A stretch of 37,774 nucleotides of DNA from a virus. Positions within the stretch are counted from its first letter, which is position 1; the number at the start of each line of letters is the position of its first letter. A program made the translations under genes and the position numbers. Positions 15,227 to 23,945 of this stretch are shown here, piece after piece. The notes beneath the pieces were generated by a model. It was not told the origin of the DNA. It did not search any database and saw only the letters and a program-made list of their open reading frames with translations. The stretch lies in the IMG/VR virus record IMGVR_UViG_3300045690_000033. One strand, 5' to 3'.

Positions 15227-17587
15227 TTGGCAATTCCATTTTTATATAGCTCGGACGATTCTACCAATGATTACTCCAGAAACGGATTGGGTGCATTACC
15301 GGATTGTTCAAGCTTAATAACCGCAAGCGCATTAAATGGTGAAGTCACACTCCAAGGTTCTGTATCCATTGGAAAAGTGAATGTAGATAATATTATCAAT
15401 GGCAACATTATTAAATTGAAAATAAATGACACTCAAAGGCCGCAAATAATGCGGCTTTTTAATGTAAAAAAATCAATGGCAAGCGGGCTAGTCACTTTTT
15501 CTGCCGAGCCTGTAGTTAACGATATCAGAGAATCTTTTATTCCGAAGTTTGACGAAAATGCAAAATCTGTCATTCGGATGTTTGATGCTTTGAGATCTAA
15601 AGCGAAACCAGCTATACCGGCAAGATTCAAGTTTTTCAGCGACAAAGACAATGAAGCTGCAATAAAACTAGAAAGAGTAAGTGCCTTACAAGCACTAGGC
15701 GGTGTAGAAGGATCATTCTTGCAAAAGTTCAAAGGAGAGTATGAAAAAGACAATCATGATATCTACTTACATAAACGCATGGGGGAAGATCACAAAATTA
15801 AGATTCTCTACACCAAAAATCTAAATGGACTAGATATCGAGGTTGACACACAAGGGATTGTTAACGGAATATATGGTTTTGCAAAATTGGACGGTTCAGA
15901 AGATATCATTGAATCGACTAAGCAAATCACCTATTTTGAAAAACAATACAATAACGGTGTGATTAACCCAGTCGATTTTTCTACAGACAAGCCAAGTAAT
16001 AGTGCAGCGCTTCAAAAATTGGTTGATGCATACATCAAAGCAAATACTGAACTCAATACTCCAAAAGTTACTGCTAAAATAGATTTTATTCTTTTGAATA
16101 ATCAGCCGAATTACAAAGAATTTGTAAATATGGAAAGTGTAGGTATGGGCGACGGCGTAGACGTCTATCATCCTATTTTGGATGTTGATTTACATGCACG
16201 CGTTATTAGTTATGAATACGATAGCATTACTGAACAGTATACGAAATTAGAGGTAGGCTCTGTCAAAGCAAGTTTCATAGATCAAATTGTAAATAAGATA
16301 GACGAAAACAACCAAGAGTATGATGATAGAATTCATCTGGTGGAAGATGCTCAGCAGGAAGCATCAGATATTATCAAAAATCCAGGAGAAGGTCATGTTG
16401 TCATTTATCCATCAATCGCTAATCCACAAGAAATATTAATAATGGATACCACGGATGTAAATACTGCAAAAAATATTTGGCGATTTAATGAAGGTGGGCT
16501 TGCATTTAGTCGGACAGGATACAACGGCATGTATGAACTAGCTATGACGAATAATGGAGCAATCGTTGCGGATCGGATAACAACGGGTACCTTGAGGGCA
16601 ATTACCATCATTGGTGCGACAATAACAGGGTCTAAGTTTCAATCTGATGGTAAAGATTTTGATATCAAGATTGATAATGGAGTTGTGACATGGATAAAGA
16701 AATCGGACAACTCAACTGCATTTACGATGAGAGCGCAATACCCTTCGGCATCAGTTACACACAGTATTGGATTTGAATTAGGAAGTAATCAGGGAAGCTT
16801 TTCTGTTGGAAAGCAAAATGATTCCAACCACTCGATGTCGTTTGGAACGGATACATTCTTTGTGCGCAATATAGGGAAAATAGCATACACTCCTCAGTGG
16901 GGCTTTATTTTAAACGAGGACCCCAAACAAAGTTATACTGCAAACTCTGCTTCTTTTAATGCATTTTTAGGAGATGACGGATATATAAGCTTAGGACAAA
17001 CGAATGCTAAAAAAACCTCGCTGGTTTGGTTGCGCGATGGTGGGCTTAAAGTTGCTATAGGTAATTTTAGTGTAGCAGGAACGAAGAACAGTGCTGTTAA
17101 GACTCAGAATTATGGGGAACGTTTGTTGAATGCTTTTGAGACGCCAGAGTATTTGTTCGCTACCTTCGGCAAAGCAATTACAAATGATGAAGGGTATGTT
17201 GAAGTCGAGATCGAACCCATGTTTTTAGAAACAATTAATACGAATTCCAAAAATTATCATGTTTTCGTTTCGCCCTATGACAATTCAACAGCATACGCCT
17301 GTTATTTAGAGTATGATCGCTTTTTGATTAAGTCAGATAAGCCAAATGTAGAAGTTAGTTGGCATTTAGTGGCTTATCGTAAAGGGTATGAAACGTATTA
17401 TTTGGAAACACCTTTGTCAAATAGTGAGAAAACGCCTGATTTACCGACTTATGTGCAAACATTAGAGAATCACGTTCAGTCATTAGACCCAATTATGAAG
17501 TATCCATTAAGCCCAGAAGAAGAGCAAATCCGAAGGGAAGAAGCAGAGCAAAGGCGTGTTGAAAAGGAGGCGGACAAGTGTGAGTGA
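15227..17587 (+). CDS. Tail-associated lysin/tail tip protein (Tal, prophage endopeptidase-tail type)
   Basis: 786 aa after Dit. The N-terminus (PFLYSSD...NGLGALPDC...) is typical of Tal proteins. Confidence 0.75.
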   Translation: MAIPFLYSSDDSTNDYSRNGLGALPDCSSLITASALNGEVTLQGSVSIGKVNVDNIINGNIIKLKINDTQRPQIMRLFNVKKSMASGLVTFSAEPVVNDIRESFIPKFDENAKSVIRMFDALRSKAKPAIPARFKFFSDKDNEAAIKLERVSALQALGGVEGSFLQKFKGEYEKDNHDIYLHKRMGEDHKIKILYTKNLNGLDIEVDTQGIVNGIYGFAKLDGSEDIIESTKQITYFEKQYNNGVINPVDFSTDKPSNSAALQKLVDAYIKANTELNTPKVTAKIDFILLNNQPNYKEFVNMESVGMGDGVDVYHPILDVDLHARVISYEYDSITEQYTKLEVGSVKASFIDQIVNKIDENNQEYDDRIHLVEDAQQEASDIIKNPGEGHVVIYPSIANPQEILIMDTTDVNTAKNIWRFNEGGLAFSRTGYNGMYELAMTNNGAIVADRITTGTLRAITIIGATITGSKFQSDGKDFDIKIDNGVVTWIKKSDNSTAFTMRAQYPSASVTHSIGFELGSNQGSFSVGKQNDSNHSMSFGTDTFFVRNIGKIAYTPQWGFILNEDPKQSYTANSASFNAFLGDDGYISLGQTNAKKTSLVWLRDGGLKVAIGNFSVAGTKNSAVKTQNYGERLLNAFETPEYLFATFGKAITNDEGYVEVEIEPMFLETINTNSKNYHVFVSPYDNSTAYACYLEYDRFLIKSDKPNVEVSWHLVAYRKGYETYYLETPLSNSEKTPDLPTYVQTLENHVQSLDPIMKYPLSPEEEQIRREEAEQRRVEKEADKCE

Positions 17588-18932
17588 GGTATTACGATTT
17601 GATTTAGCTAAAGATCCAAAAGGAAACCCAATCACCTATGGACGTGTTGGCGACGGTGGGGGTTTTGTTCGAAAGATAAACGTTTTTGAAGATGGAAAGC
17701 CGTTTGATATAACTGGATGGATACCCACATTTGAAGGCAATACCAGTGACTATAAAACGAAAGTATTTGATTCTGAAGGAATTACTATTACTGATGAGAA
17801 ATCAGGTGAGTTCACGTACACCTTTCCGAATATGGCATTTGCTGTTGAAGGTCAATATGAACGAGCGTATTTCTCATTTACAAAGGGGAATCAACGTAAG
17901 TCTACTGGAAATTTTGAAATTATTGTTTTTGGTAATTCAGATATTGATGCACCAGAAGCGGAAACAATTATCACTGAGTACAACAAATTAGTTGCTGAGC
18001 TGCAAGCATTGCAGAAAGAGAATATTGAAGATCTACAAAAGCAGCAAAACAATTACATTCAATCAGCAGAGTCAAAATTCAGTATTTTGCAAGGTGACAT
18101 TGCAAAACTACAAAAACAGATTGATACTTTCAAATCTGATGTGAATACGGCAGCGTCAAACGCTGTAACAACTATAAATAAAGCACTAGAAGAATTTAAA
18201 GATCAAGATTTTTATACTAAATTAGAAGCAGATAACCATTTCGCCAAAAAAACTGATTTGACTAAAGAGAATGTCCAATTAGGTAACGTAGATAACTACG
18301 CTACGGCTAATCAAACAGAAGCCGAGCAGGGAATTGCATTAAACAAGTTCATGACACCTATGGGCGTCAAACAGCACTTAGATGCGCGCATAGCTACAAC
18401 AGAAGAAACAGGAGCTGGTGAGCGTAACGACGTACTAATCACACCAAAAAGATTAATTGAAATATTGAAACAATACACGCTTTTCAAAGAACATTTTGGG
18501 AATGGTGAGGAACTTAAAGATAACACAACTGACGGTGTGCTACTGAAAATAGGTGAAAGCCTCGGTGGTTCAATTAACTATGCTACAGCTAGACCATACA
18601 AAATTAATTCCGATGGCTCACTTACGTTCAACAAAGATGGTCGATTCAGATTCTCTGGTTCTGCAAAGTTAGTAGCTGGAGACACCAACCCCACCGATTA
18701 CATGTATACGCAGATTGTTGTTGGTTCTACTATTAATGATTGGATCAATCAAGGTTCGACGAAAGCTACAAATGGTACTATGCGATTGACTTGGACTTTT
18801 GCTGGTTCAATAATATTGGATGTAAATTCAGGCAATCGTGTTTATATTCGCTCGTCTATCCGAAGCGGCAAGCAGGCTTTTCTTGCACAGTTAATGGAGC
18901 TCACGATCGAGGAAGTTCGATTCTCTGGTTGA
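17580..18932 (+). CDS. BppU-family baseplate upper protein / receptor-binding protein
   Basis: GTG 17580, 9 nt after AAGGAGG, in frame with track ORF 17556..18932. BppU-like N-terminus, a coiled-coil shaft, and a beta-rich C-terminal head. Confidence 0.7.
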   Translation: MSEVLRFDLAKDPKGNPITYGRVGDGGGFVRKINVFEDGKPFDITGWIPTFEGNTSDYKTKVFDSEGITITDEKSGEFTYTFPNMAFAVEGQYERAYFSFTKGNQRKSTGNFEIIVFGNSDIDAPEAETIITEYNKLVAELQALQKENIEDLQKQQNNYIQSAESKFSILQGDIAKLQKQIDTFKSDVNTAASNAVTTINKALEEFKDQDFYTKLEADNHFAKKTDLTKENVQLGNVDNYATANQTEAEQGIALNKFMTPMGVKQHLDARIATTEETGAGERNDVLITPKRLIEILKQYTLFKEHFGNGEELKDNTTDGVLLKIGESLGGSINYATARPYKINSDGSLTFNKDGRFRFSGSAKLVAGDTNPTDYMYTQIVVGSTINDWINQGSTKATNGTMRLTWTFAGSIILDVNSGNRVYIRSSIRSGKQAFLAQLMELTIEEVRFSG

Positions 18933-18970
18933 AAAATTCATTTAAGATTATAAGAGTATGATTCAGATTA

Positions 18971-18999
18971 AGCACACTTTAGAGTGTGCTTTTTATTTT
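18971..18999 (+). terminator. Intrinsic terminator after the structural operon
   Basis: Stem agcacact/agtgtgct, 4-nt loop, then TTTTTATTTT. Confidence 0.75.
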
Positions 19000-19020
19000 G
19001 ATTGGAAGGTGGAAAGGCAT

Positions 19021-19392
19021 GTGCATTTTTTCGACGAGTTACTAGAACTCAATGGGCTTTTGATGTCTTTGGGAATTGGAGGAATCGTAGGCGTTCTAGG
19101 TTGGGTAGGAAAGTTGATACTAAAGAATAAAAATATTGCAGAGCAAAATAAACAACTAACGGAACAGAGATTTAAAATGCTTGAAGCTGCAAATGTTGCT
19201 ATCTTGCACAATGAGATTTATAAGCAATGTTCTTATTTTATCGAACAAGGAGAGGTTGAAGTCGATGATCTCGACAACCTTGAATATCTTTGGCGCGGAT
19301 ATCACGGATTAGGAGGTAACGGAACAGGCGAGCTTCTTTACAACCGTGTGAGACAGCTTCCTTTGAAGGGAGGTGAATCGCATGCAAAATAA
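19021..19392 (+). CDS. Membrane-anchored protein of the lysis cassette (function unknown)
   Basis: GTG 19021 after GGAAGGTGGAAAGG; ATG 19063 is an alternative start. One TM helix (SLGIGGIVGVLGWVGKLIL). The upstream part of track ORF 18958 contains the terminator. Confidence 0.6.
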   Translation: MHFFDELLELNGLLMSLGIGGIVGVLGWVGKLILKNKNIAEQNKQLTEQRFKMLEAANVAILHNEIYKQCSYFIEQGEVEVDDLDNLEYLWRGYHGLGGNGTGELLYNRVRQLPLKGGESHAK

Positions 19393-19594
19393 GACATTTG
19401 AAATTCTTAAATGGATTGCATTGATAGTTATACCAGCATTGGCCACTTTTGTTGGCTTAGTAGGAAAGGCAGTCAACTGGGAATATACCGATGTTGTAGT
19501 AATTATCATTACTGGATTTGGCGCTTTTCTCGGAACTGTTTTAAGTGTGTCCAATCGGACGTACAAGATGTTTCCCGATGATAAAAAAGAATAG
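19382..19594 (+). CDS. Holin (Dp-1-type as I recall the family)
   Basis: ATG 19382 after GGAGGTG. Sequence KWIALIVIPALATFVGLVGKA plus a second TM helix. Lies immediately upstream of the lysin. Confidence 0.7.
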   Translation: MQNKTFEILKWIALIVIPALATFVGLVGKAVNWEYTDVVVIIITGFGAFLGTVLSVSNRTYKMFPDDKKE

Positions 19595-19607
19595 TAGGAG
19601 GAATAGA

Positions 19608-20756
19608 ATGAAAAAGAAATTCTTGATGGGAGCTGTTGCAGCTCTTTTTTTATTGCCGATTTTCCCAATGAATGTGGATGCGGCTAAAGGAGATCAAGGG
19701 GTCGATTGGGCTATTTATCAAGGGGCACAAGGTCAATTTGGCTATGCTCATGATAAATTCAGTATTAGCCAGATTGGCGGATATAACGCTGGTGGACTAT
19801 ACAATCAGTCGACGTATGAAAGTCAAGTAAACTCCACTCTAGCGCAAGGAAAACGTGCCCACACGTATATTTGGTACGATACTTGGGGAAACATGAGTAT
19901 TGCGAAAACTACGATGGACTACTTTTTGCCAAAGGTGAAGACACCGCGTGGATCAATCGTCGCTTTAGATTTCGAACATGGAGCATTAGCAACTATTCCT
20001 GATGGATATGGTGGCTATACGAGTTCTCCGACTGAGAGAGCTGCCAATACCGAAACGATCCTGTATGGTATGCGGAGAATAAAAGACGCAGGATACACTC
20101 CAATGTATTACAGCTATAAACCATTTACTTTAAAACATGTTGATTACCAAAGAATTATCAAAGAATTTCCTAATTCACTGTGGATGGCTGCGTATCCGAA
20201 TAACAATGTCACTCCTTATCCAGTGTGGTCCATGTTTCCTAGTATGGATGGTGTGGGCATCTATCAATTCACATCCACATATGTTGGTGGTGGGTTAGAT
20301 GGAAATATCGATTTAACAGGTATCACTGATAACGGATATACGACGCTGCCTGACCCTAATCCTAGTGAAACAACGGATATCTACCGTGCTGGGCAGAACT
20401 ATTCTGTGATGGAAGTCAAAAATGACAAAGGTCACGTGGATGGTTTTGGTGCAATGGCAGGCAAGATTAAGGCAGAAGGATGGAGTACTCGTACTCACAA
20501 ATATCAGTATGCTTTTATTCGTGATCGGACAACAGGCAAAGAACTAAAACGTATTAAGCTGAAAGATCTACCCCGGGCGGATGCAGCGAAGGTGTACAAC
20601 CGTAGCGATACTGCAGGGTTCCAAATCGAGTTCAATCAAAAAGATGTTGCAGGCCACTCGATCATTATCATGATCCGTAGTACCAATGATTCGAAAGGCG
20701 ATACAAAAGACGGATTCAACGATCTAACCGAAACGCGTTGGTATTTAGACGTGTAA
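19608..20756 (+). CDS. Endolysin, GH25 muramidase with N-terminal Sec-type signal peptide
   Basis: ATG 19608 after TAGGAGGAA. Signal-like MKKKFLMGAVAALFLLPIFPMNVDA/AKG. GH25-style GVDWAIYQG...ALDFEHG. C-terminal domain is unassigned. Confidence 0.75.
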   Translation: MKKKFLMGAVAALFLLPIFPMNVDAAKGDQGVDWAIYQGAQGQFGYAHDKFSISQIGGYNAGGLYNQSTYESQVNSTLAQGKRAHTYIWYDTWGNMSIAKTTMDYFLPKVKTPRGSIVALDFEHGALATIPDGYGGYTSSPTERAANTETILYGMRRIKDAGYTPMYYSYKPFTLKHVDYQRIIKEFPNSLWMAAYPNNNVTPYPVWSMFPSMDGVGIYQFTSTYVGGGLDGNIDLTGITDNGYTTLPDPNPSETTDIYRAGQNYSVMEVKNDKGHVDGFGAMAGKIKAEGWSTRTHKYQYAFIRDRTTGKELKRIKLKDLPRADAAKVYNRSDTAGFQIEFNQKDVAGHSIIIMIRSTNDSKGDTKDGFNDLTETRWYLDV

Positions 20757-20804
20757 AAAGTTATCCCGAAATAAAAACTCGCTAATAAGTCTCTTTTGCT
20801 CAAT

Positions 20805-20832
20805 TTGACACAAAAAAAGTGTTTGATATAAT
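20805..20832 (+). promoter_or_regulatory. Strong sigma-A-type promoter (TTGACA-16-TGaTATAAT)
   Basis: -35 TTGACA at 20805..20810. Extended -10 TG at 20824..20825 and TATAAT at 20827..20832. Confidence 0.7.
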
Positions 20833-20838
20833 TAATAC

Positions 20839-20911
20839 GTTAGTGTCATTGCTAACAATTCTGTTTTCTAGACTGATAAGAGACCTAAGCATCTTATCAG
20901 TCTATTTTTTT
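20839..20911 (+). ncRNA. Candidate ~73-nt small RNA (promoter-hairpin-terminator unit, no ORF)
   Basis: Starts about 7 nt after the -10. Hairpin 1 is 20839..20856. The terminator has a 12-bp perfect stem (20869..20880 / 20893..20904) followed by T7. Confidence 0.5.
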
Positions 20912-20954
20912 GTTTTATTTTGCAAAAAAAACAGATGTTAGTTAAACTAGATTT

Positions 20955-21050
20955 ATAAACAAAAGTATCACTCCTAAAAAAATGAGTAGCAGAATCAGGG
21001 AACTTGGGGAAGCTTCTCTGGGGGAAATTCTGCTACTCTATTTTTATTTT
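20955..21050 (+). ncRNA. Second candidate structured transcript
   Basis: Possible promoter TTGCAA (20920..20925)-17-TAAACT (20943..20948). 12-bp perfect stem 20984..20995 / 21027..21038 with a 31-nt G-rich loop, then TATTTTTATTTT. Confidence 0.3.
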
Positions 21051-21207
21051 ACCAGTTATAAATAGTAAGTAAAGTGCTATAATTTTTGTTTTGCTGTTCA
21101 AATGAAGTGGTTAATAATTAATTAAAGTGATGAACAAAATAGTACTAGTTAGAATAATTTGTTAGCTAATGGCTCTAAACTATGTTATGCTTCTCAAGTA
21201 ATCGATT

Positions 21208-21235
21208 TTGAAATGTGATGTGGACTGTATATATT
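21208..21235 (+). promoter_or_regulatory. Candidate csp promoter (TTGAAA-16-TATATT)
   Basis: -35 at 21208..21213 and -10 at 21230..21235, about 75 nt before the ATG. A further extended -10 (TGcTATAAT, 21075..21083) lies upstream. Confidence 0.5.
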
Positions 21236-21315
21236 TAACCGTATTGAAATCCTTTTACTATCAACAATTAATTGCAAAAAAGAACGTACTTGATACGTAT
21301 CAGGAGGAAATATAC

Positions 21316-21516
21316 ATGAATAACGGTACAGTAAAATGGTTTAACGCAGACAAAGGTTTTGGATTTATCACTGGTGAAGATGGCAACGATGTATTTGCAC
21401 ATTTTTCAGCTATCCAAAGCGACGGCTTCAAAACTTTAGAAGAAGGTCAAGCAGTGACTTTCGACGTAGAAGAAGGCCAACGTGGACCTCAAGCTACAAA
21501 CATTCAAAAAGCTTAA
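21316..21516 (+). CDS. csp: Cold-shock protein (CspA family, 66 aa)
   Basis: ATG 21316 after AGGAGG. Sequence [15 protein letters not shown]...DVFAHFSAI with RNP1/RNP2 motifs. Confidence 0.95.
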   Translation: MNNGTVKWFNADKGFGFITGEDGNDVFAHFSAIQSDGFKTLEEGQAVTFDVEEGQRGPQATNIQKA

Positions 21517-21537
21517 TAAAAATTAGTTGAAATATCG

Positions 21538-21565
21538 GCCGTCTCCTCCTAGGGGCGGCTTTTTT
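21538..21565 (+). terminator. Intrinsic terminator after csp
   Basis: 8-bp stem gccgtctc/ggggcggc (two G-U pairs) followed by TTTTTT. Confidence 0.65.
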
Positions 21566-21638
21566 GTACCCTTAGCTCAGTTGCTTAGAGCAGACGGCTC
21601 ATAACCGTCCGGTCGTAGGTTCGAGTCCTACAGGGTAA
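21566..21638 (+). tRNA. tRNA-Met(CAU)-like sequence; probably the attP core / pseudo-tRNA rather than a working tRNA
   Basis: Cloverleaf is readable: D arm gctc/gagc, anticodon stem gacgg/ccgtc with loop CTCATAA, T arm gtagg-ttcgagt-cctac. However, position 1-72 is a G-A mismatch, the D loop reads GC where GG is conserved, and there is no CCA. Confidence 0.5.
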
Positions 21639-21648
21639 ATAAAATAAA

Positions 21649-21685
21649 CCCTCTACTGCCTTAGTTGGTTGTAGAGGGTGTTTTC
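21649..21685 (+). terminator. Hairpin/terminator after the tRNA-like sequence
   Basis: Stem ccctctac/gtagaggg (21649..21656 / 21671..21678), then TGTTTT. Confidence 0.5.
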
Positions 21686-21690
21686 CGTTT

Positions 21691-21716
21691 ATTTTGAATG
21701 CCATTTTGAATGCCAT
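21691..21716 (+). repeat. Tandem ATTTTGAATGCC x2 (candidate integrase arm-type sites)
   Basis: Exact 12-bp tandem copies at 21691..21702 and 21703..21714. The same motif recurs at 21875..21899. Confidence 0.6.
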
Positions 21717-21756
21717 GTTTTATTTTTTATAGAAAACTAGCGAAAAGAAAAAACAA

Positions 21757-21794
21757 CCAAAAGTCTTTTTAAACAAGACTTTTGGTCGTTTTTT
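21757..21794. terminator. Bidirectional terminator downstream of int
   Basis: 10-bp stem ccaaaagtct/agacttttgg flanked by an A run upstream and a T run downstream. Confidence 0.65.
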
Positions 21795-21874
21795 AGTTTA
21801 ACGAAAACTAACGAAAATCGTATAATGGAGACGGCGGGAGTCGCTTAATTGTTTTACTGGCAACGTTGGAATCG

Positions 21875-21899
21875 AATTGAATGCCATTTTGAATGCTAT
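21875..21899 (+). repeat. Second tandem pair AATTGAATGCC / ATTTTGAATGCT (arm-type site candidates)
   Basis: Same orientation and motif as 21691..21716. Lies immediately 3' of the int stop. Confidence 0.55.
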
Positions 21900-21904
21900 T
21901 TGGT

Positions 21905-23077
21905 TTAAAAATCTACAAATTTATTGAACTTATCTGCTAGTTGTTCTTTTGCTAATTTAGAAACATGAGCATAGGTATTCATAGTTGTTTGTATATCTTC
22001 ATGACCCAACCTGAACTGCACTTCTTTTAAAGAAGCACCCATTTCAATCAGAAGGCTTGCTTGAGTGTGCCTAAAACCATGCACAGTTATTCTAGGAAGC
22101 TGCTTTTTTTCTTTCTTGTCCATTTTATCCTGTATATCCATTAACCACTTACGAGACGTATCAAGGCTCATAATGCCATGAGGATTTTGTGCAGCCGCAT
22201 TTCCAAATATTAACCAGTCTTCAGAGGGAGGAGCTGCTTCAATTTTCCACTCTGAAAGTTTATCCAAGGTTCCTTGATCTATTGAGATGATACGACTAGA
22301 TCCAACAGTTTTAGTTGAGTCTAACTCCAGGCCATTTGCAGTTCTTGTTACTGCTTTATAGATGTTCACTGTTTTTCCTTCAAAGTCAACATCTTTCCAT
22401 TTCAATGCACCAGCCTCTTGTTTTCTCATTCCGGTCATTGCTAACAAACGAAAAAATGCTTGAACTTTAATGTTGGGGTGAGTGTATAATACTTCAAGAA
22501 AAAGTTTCAATTGATTTTTATCATAAAAATGTTCTTCAGTCGTTTTTCTTTTTTTAGCCTTAGGTTTCCGAATTGATTCTGTTGGATTAGAAGATATCAT
22601 TCCGAATCGTATTGCATACTTAAACACTAGCCCAGTGTAATTCATCATCTTAGAAGCAGTTTCATACTTATTTGCCCACTTATCCATCAATTCTTGAATC
22701 TTAATAGGATTGATTTCAGCGATATACATATCACCGAGTTCATCTAAAATGTGATTTTTAAAAATTCTCTCTGTTTTTAAAAGAGTTGATCCTCTCACAG
22801 TCTTCTTATATTCAGTCATCCACAGTTCATATACTTCTTGATAAGTTTTAGGCTTATCTTTCTTCAAAAGATCACTCTCGTAATCGCTTTGAAGCCTAGC
22901 CAACGCTAATTTGGCTTCGCGCTGGGTTTTGAAGTTTCTGCGAGTAGTTTTAACGGGTTTTCCAGTTATAGGATTAATACCCAGGTATGCTTGGAATTTC
23001 CAACGTTTTTCGCCGTTCTTCATTTTGTATTGACTGAACGTTGCCACGATTGAATCAACTCTCTTTCTTTGATACAA
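21905..23077 (-). CDS. int: Tyrosine integrase (phage integrase family)
   Basis: Motifs AMTGMRKQE (Arg), HGFRHT, LGHEDIQTTMNTYAH (His...Tyr). Track start is TTG 23077; GTG at 23047 gives a more typical N-terminus. Confidence 0.9.
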   Translation of the reverse strand: MYQRKRVDSIVATFSQYKMKNGEKRWKFQAYLGINPITGKPVKTTRRNFKTQREAKLALARLQSDYESDLLKKDKPKTYQEVYELWMTEYKKTVRGSTLLKTERIFKNHILDELGDMYIAEINPIKIQELMDKWANKYETASKMMNYTGLVFKYAIRFGMISSNPTESIRKPKAKKRKTTEEHFYDKNQLKLFLEVLYTHPNIKVQAFFRLLAMTGMRKQEAGALKWKDVDFEGKTVNIYKAVTRTANGLELDSTKTVGSSRIISIDQGTLDKLSEWKIEAAPPSEDWLIFGNAAAQNPHGIMSLDTSRKWLMDIQDKMDKKEKKQLPRITVHGFRHTQASLLIEMGASLKEVQFRLGHEDIQTTMNTYAHVSKLAKEQLADKFNKFVDF

Positions 23078-23160
23078 TAGGCATACGAAAGGACCTATTG
23101 TATAGGTTTTGTTATTAGCACGTTCAAACTCTTGTCGGGGAGGGATCGTGCTTTTTTATT

Positions 23161-23859
23161 TTATTTCATTCCCATATTTGATTTTGATGTGGCTATTCCG
23201 TTGTTAAACGTGATGTTAAAGTTAGCTCCAACATCACCATTTACATTTTTAGTCCAAGAAAGCATTGATTGTTTGGACCCGTTAATTAAAGTATCTGAAA
23301 TTCCATCAGGTTCACCAAATTCTTTCTTAGCTGTATCTTCGGAAAAACTCCCATCTGTTGCAACCGCATTGAATTGTTCCAATGTAACTTTTTCATGCTT
23401 TCCAACTTTTAAACCAGTTACAGCTTTTGAAACGGCTTTATCATTAGAAAATGAAATAACGATCGATGACATTAATTCTCCACCTTTGGGGCCACCCCAA
23501 GTCATCATTTTTGCAGTTTGACCTTCAAGATTAGTTTCAGATGTTGAGTCAGGTTCGCCGAAAATATCTTTAATCTCTTGTAGCGAGGTGCCACCTTCTC
23601 CGTTACTCATGATATCTCCTAATGTAATCTTATCGAAATTATCTTTTAAAACTGTCTCAGATTCATTTTTAGCCTTAATTGAGTTCGAAGTTTTGGCGTT
23701 GTTATTATCTGAAGCATCTTTTTTCTCGGATCCTCCACCTAGTGAGCCACCAATTACCAAAATAATTACTATTGCAAAAATCCAAAACCAAACCCTCTTA
23801 TAAAAAGGTTTTTTTGCTTTGTACATTTTTCCATCAGATCCCATTACTTTTTTAGCCAT
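23161..23859 (-). CDS. Membrane-anchored protein with two internal repeats; candidate superinfection-exclusion/lysogenic-conversion protein
   Basis: N-terminal TM helix (VWFWIFAIVIILVIGGSLGG). Two repeats (...IKDIFGEPDSTSE...MMTW / ...AKKEFGEPDGISD...MLSW). Lies between int and the repressor module. Confidence 0.6.
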   Translation of the reverse strand: MAKKVMGSDGKMYKAKKPFYKRVWFWIFAIVIILVIGGSLGGGSEKKDASDNNNAKTSNSIKAKNESETVLKDNFDKITLGDIMSNGEGGTSLQEIKDIFGEPDSTSETNLEGQTAKMMTWGGPKGGELMSSIVISFSNDKAVSKAVTGLKVGKHEKVTLEQFNAVATDGSFSEDTAKKEFGEPDGISDTLINGSKQSMLSWTKNVNGDVGANFNITFNNGIATSKSNMGMK

Positions 23860-23945
23860 TTTTAATTCCTCATTTCTTTGATATAATAGTTTTGCGCGAT
23901 CTTAGAAATAAGGTCTTAAGTCCGTGTTGCTGCACGGGCTTTTTT

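Noticed and set aside
17731-17991. Overlapping plus-strand ORF inside the BppU gene (and similar nested ORFs 4557..4742, 18740..18961, 32379..32591)
   Set aside because: These are out-of-frame ORFs nested in longer, family-recognisable genes or lacking RBSs. They are most likely chance ORFs in AT-rich sequence.
18958-19020. First 21 codons of track ORF 18958..19392
   Set aside because: They contain the intrinsic terminator of the structural operon (18971..18999). A GTG with a good RBS follows at 19021.
20996-21026. G-quadruplex in the loop caGGGaacttGGGGaagcttctctGGGGGaa
   Set aside because: Only three G tracts are present, and a canonical intramolecular G4 needs four. I kept it only as the loop of a long hairpin.
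23132-23803. Plus-strand ORFs 23132..23521 and 23588..23803
   Set aside because: Both are antisense shadows of the 232-aa minus-strand membrane-protein gene. They have no RBS and low-complexity translations.
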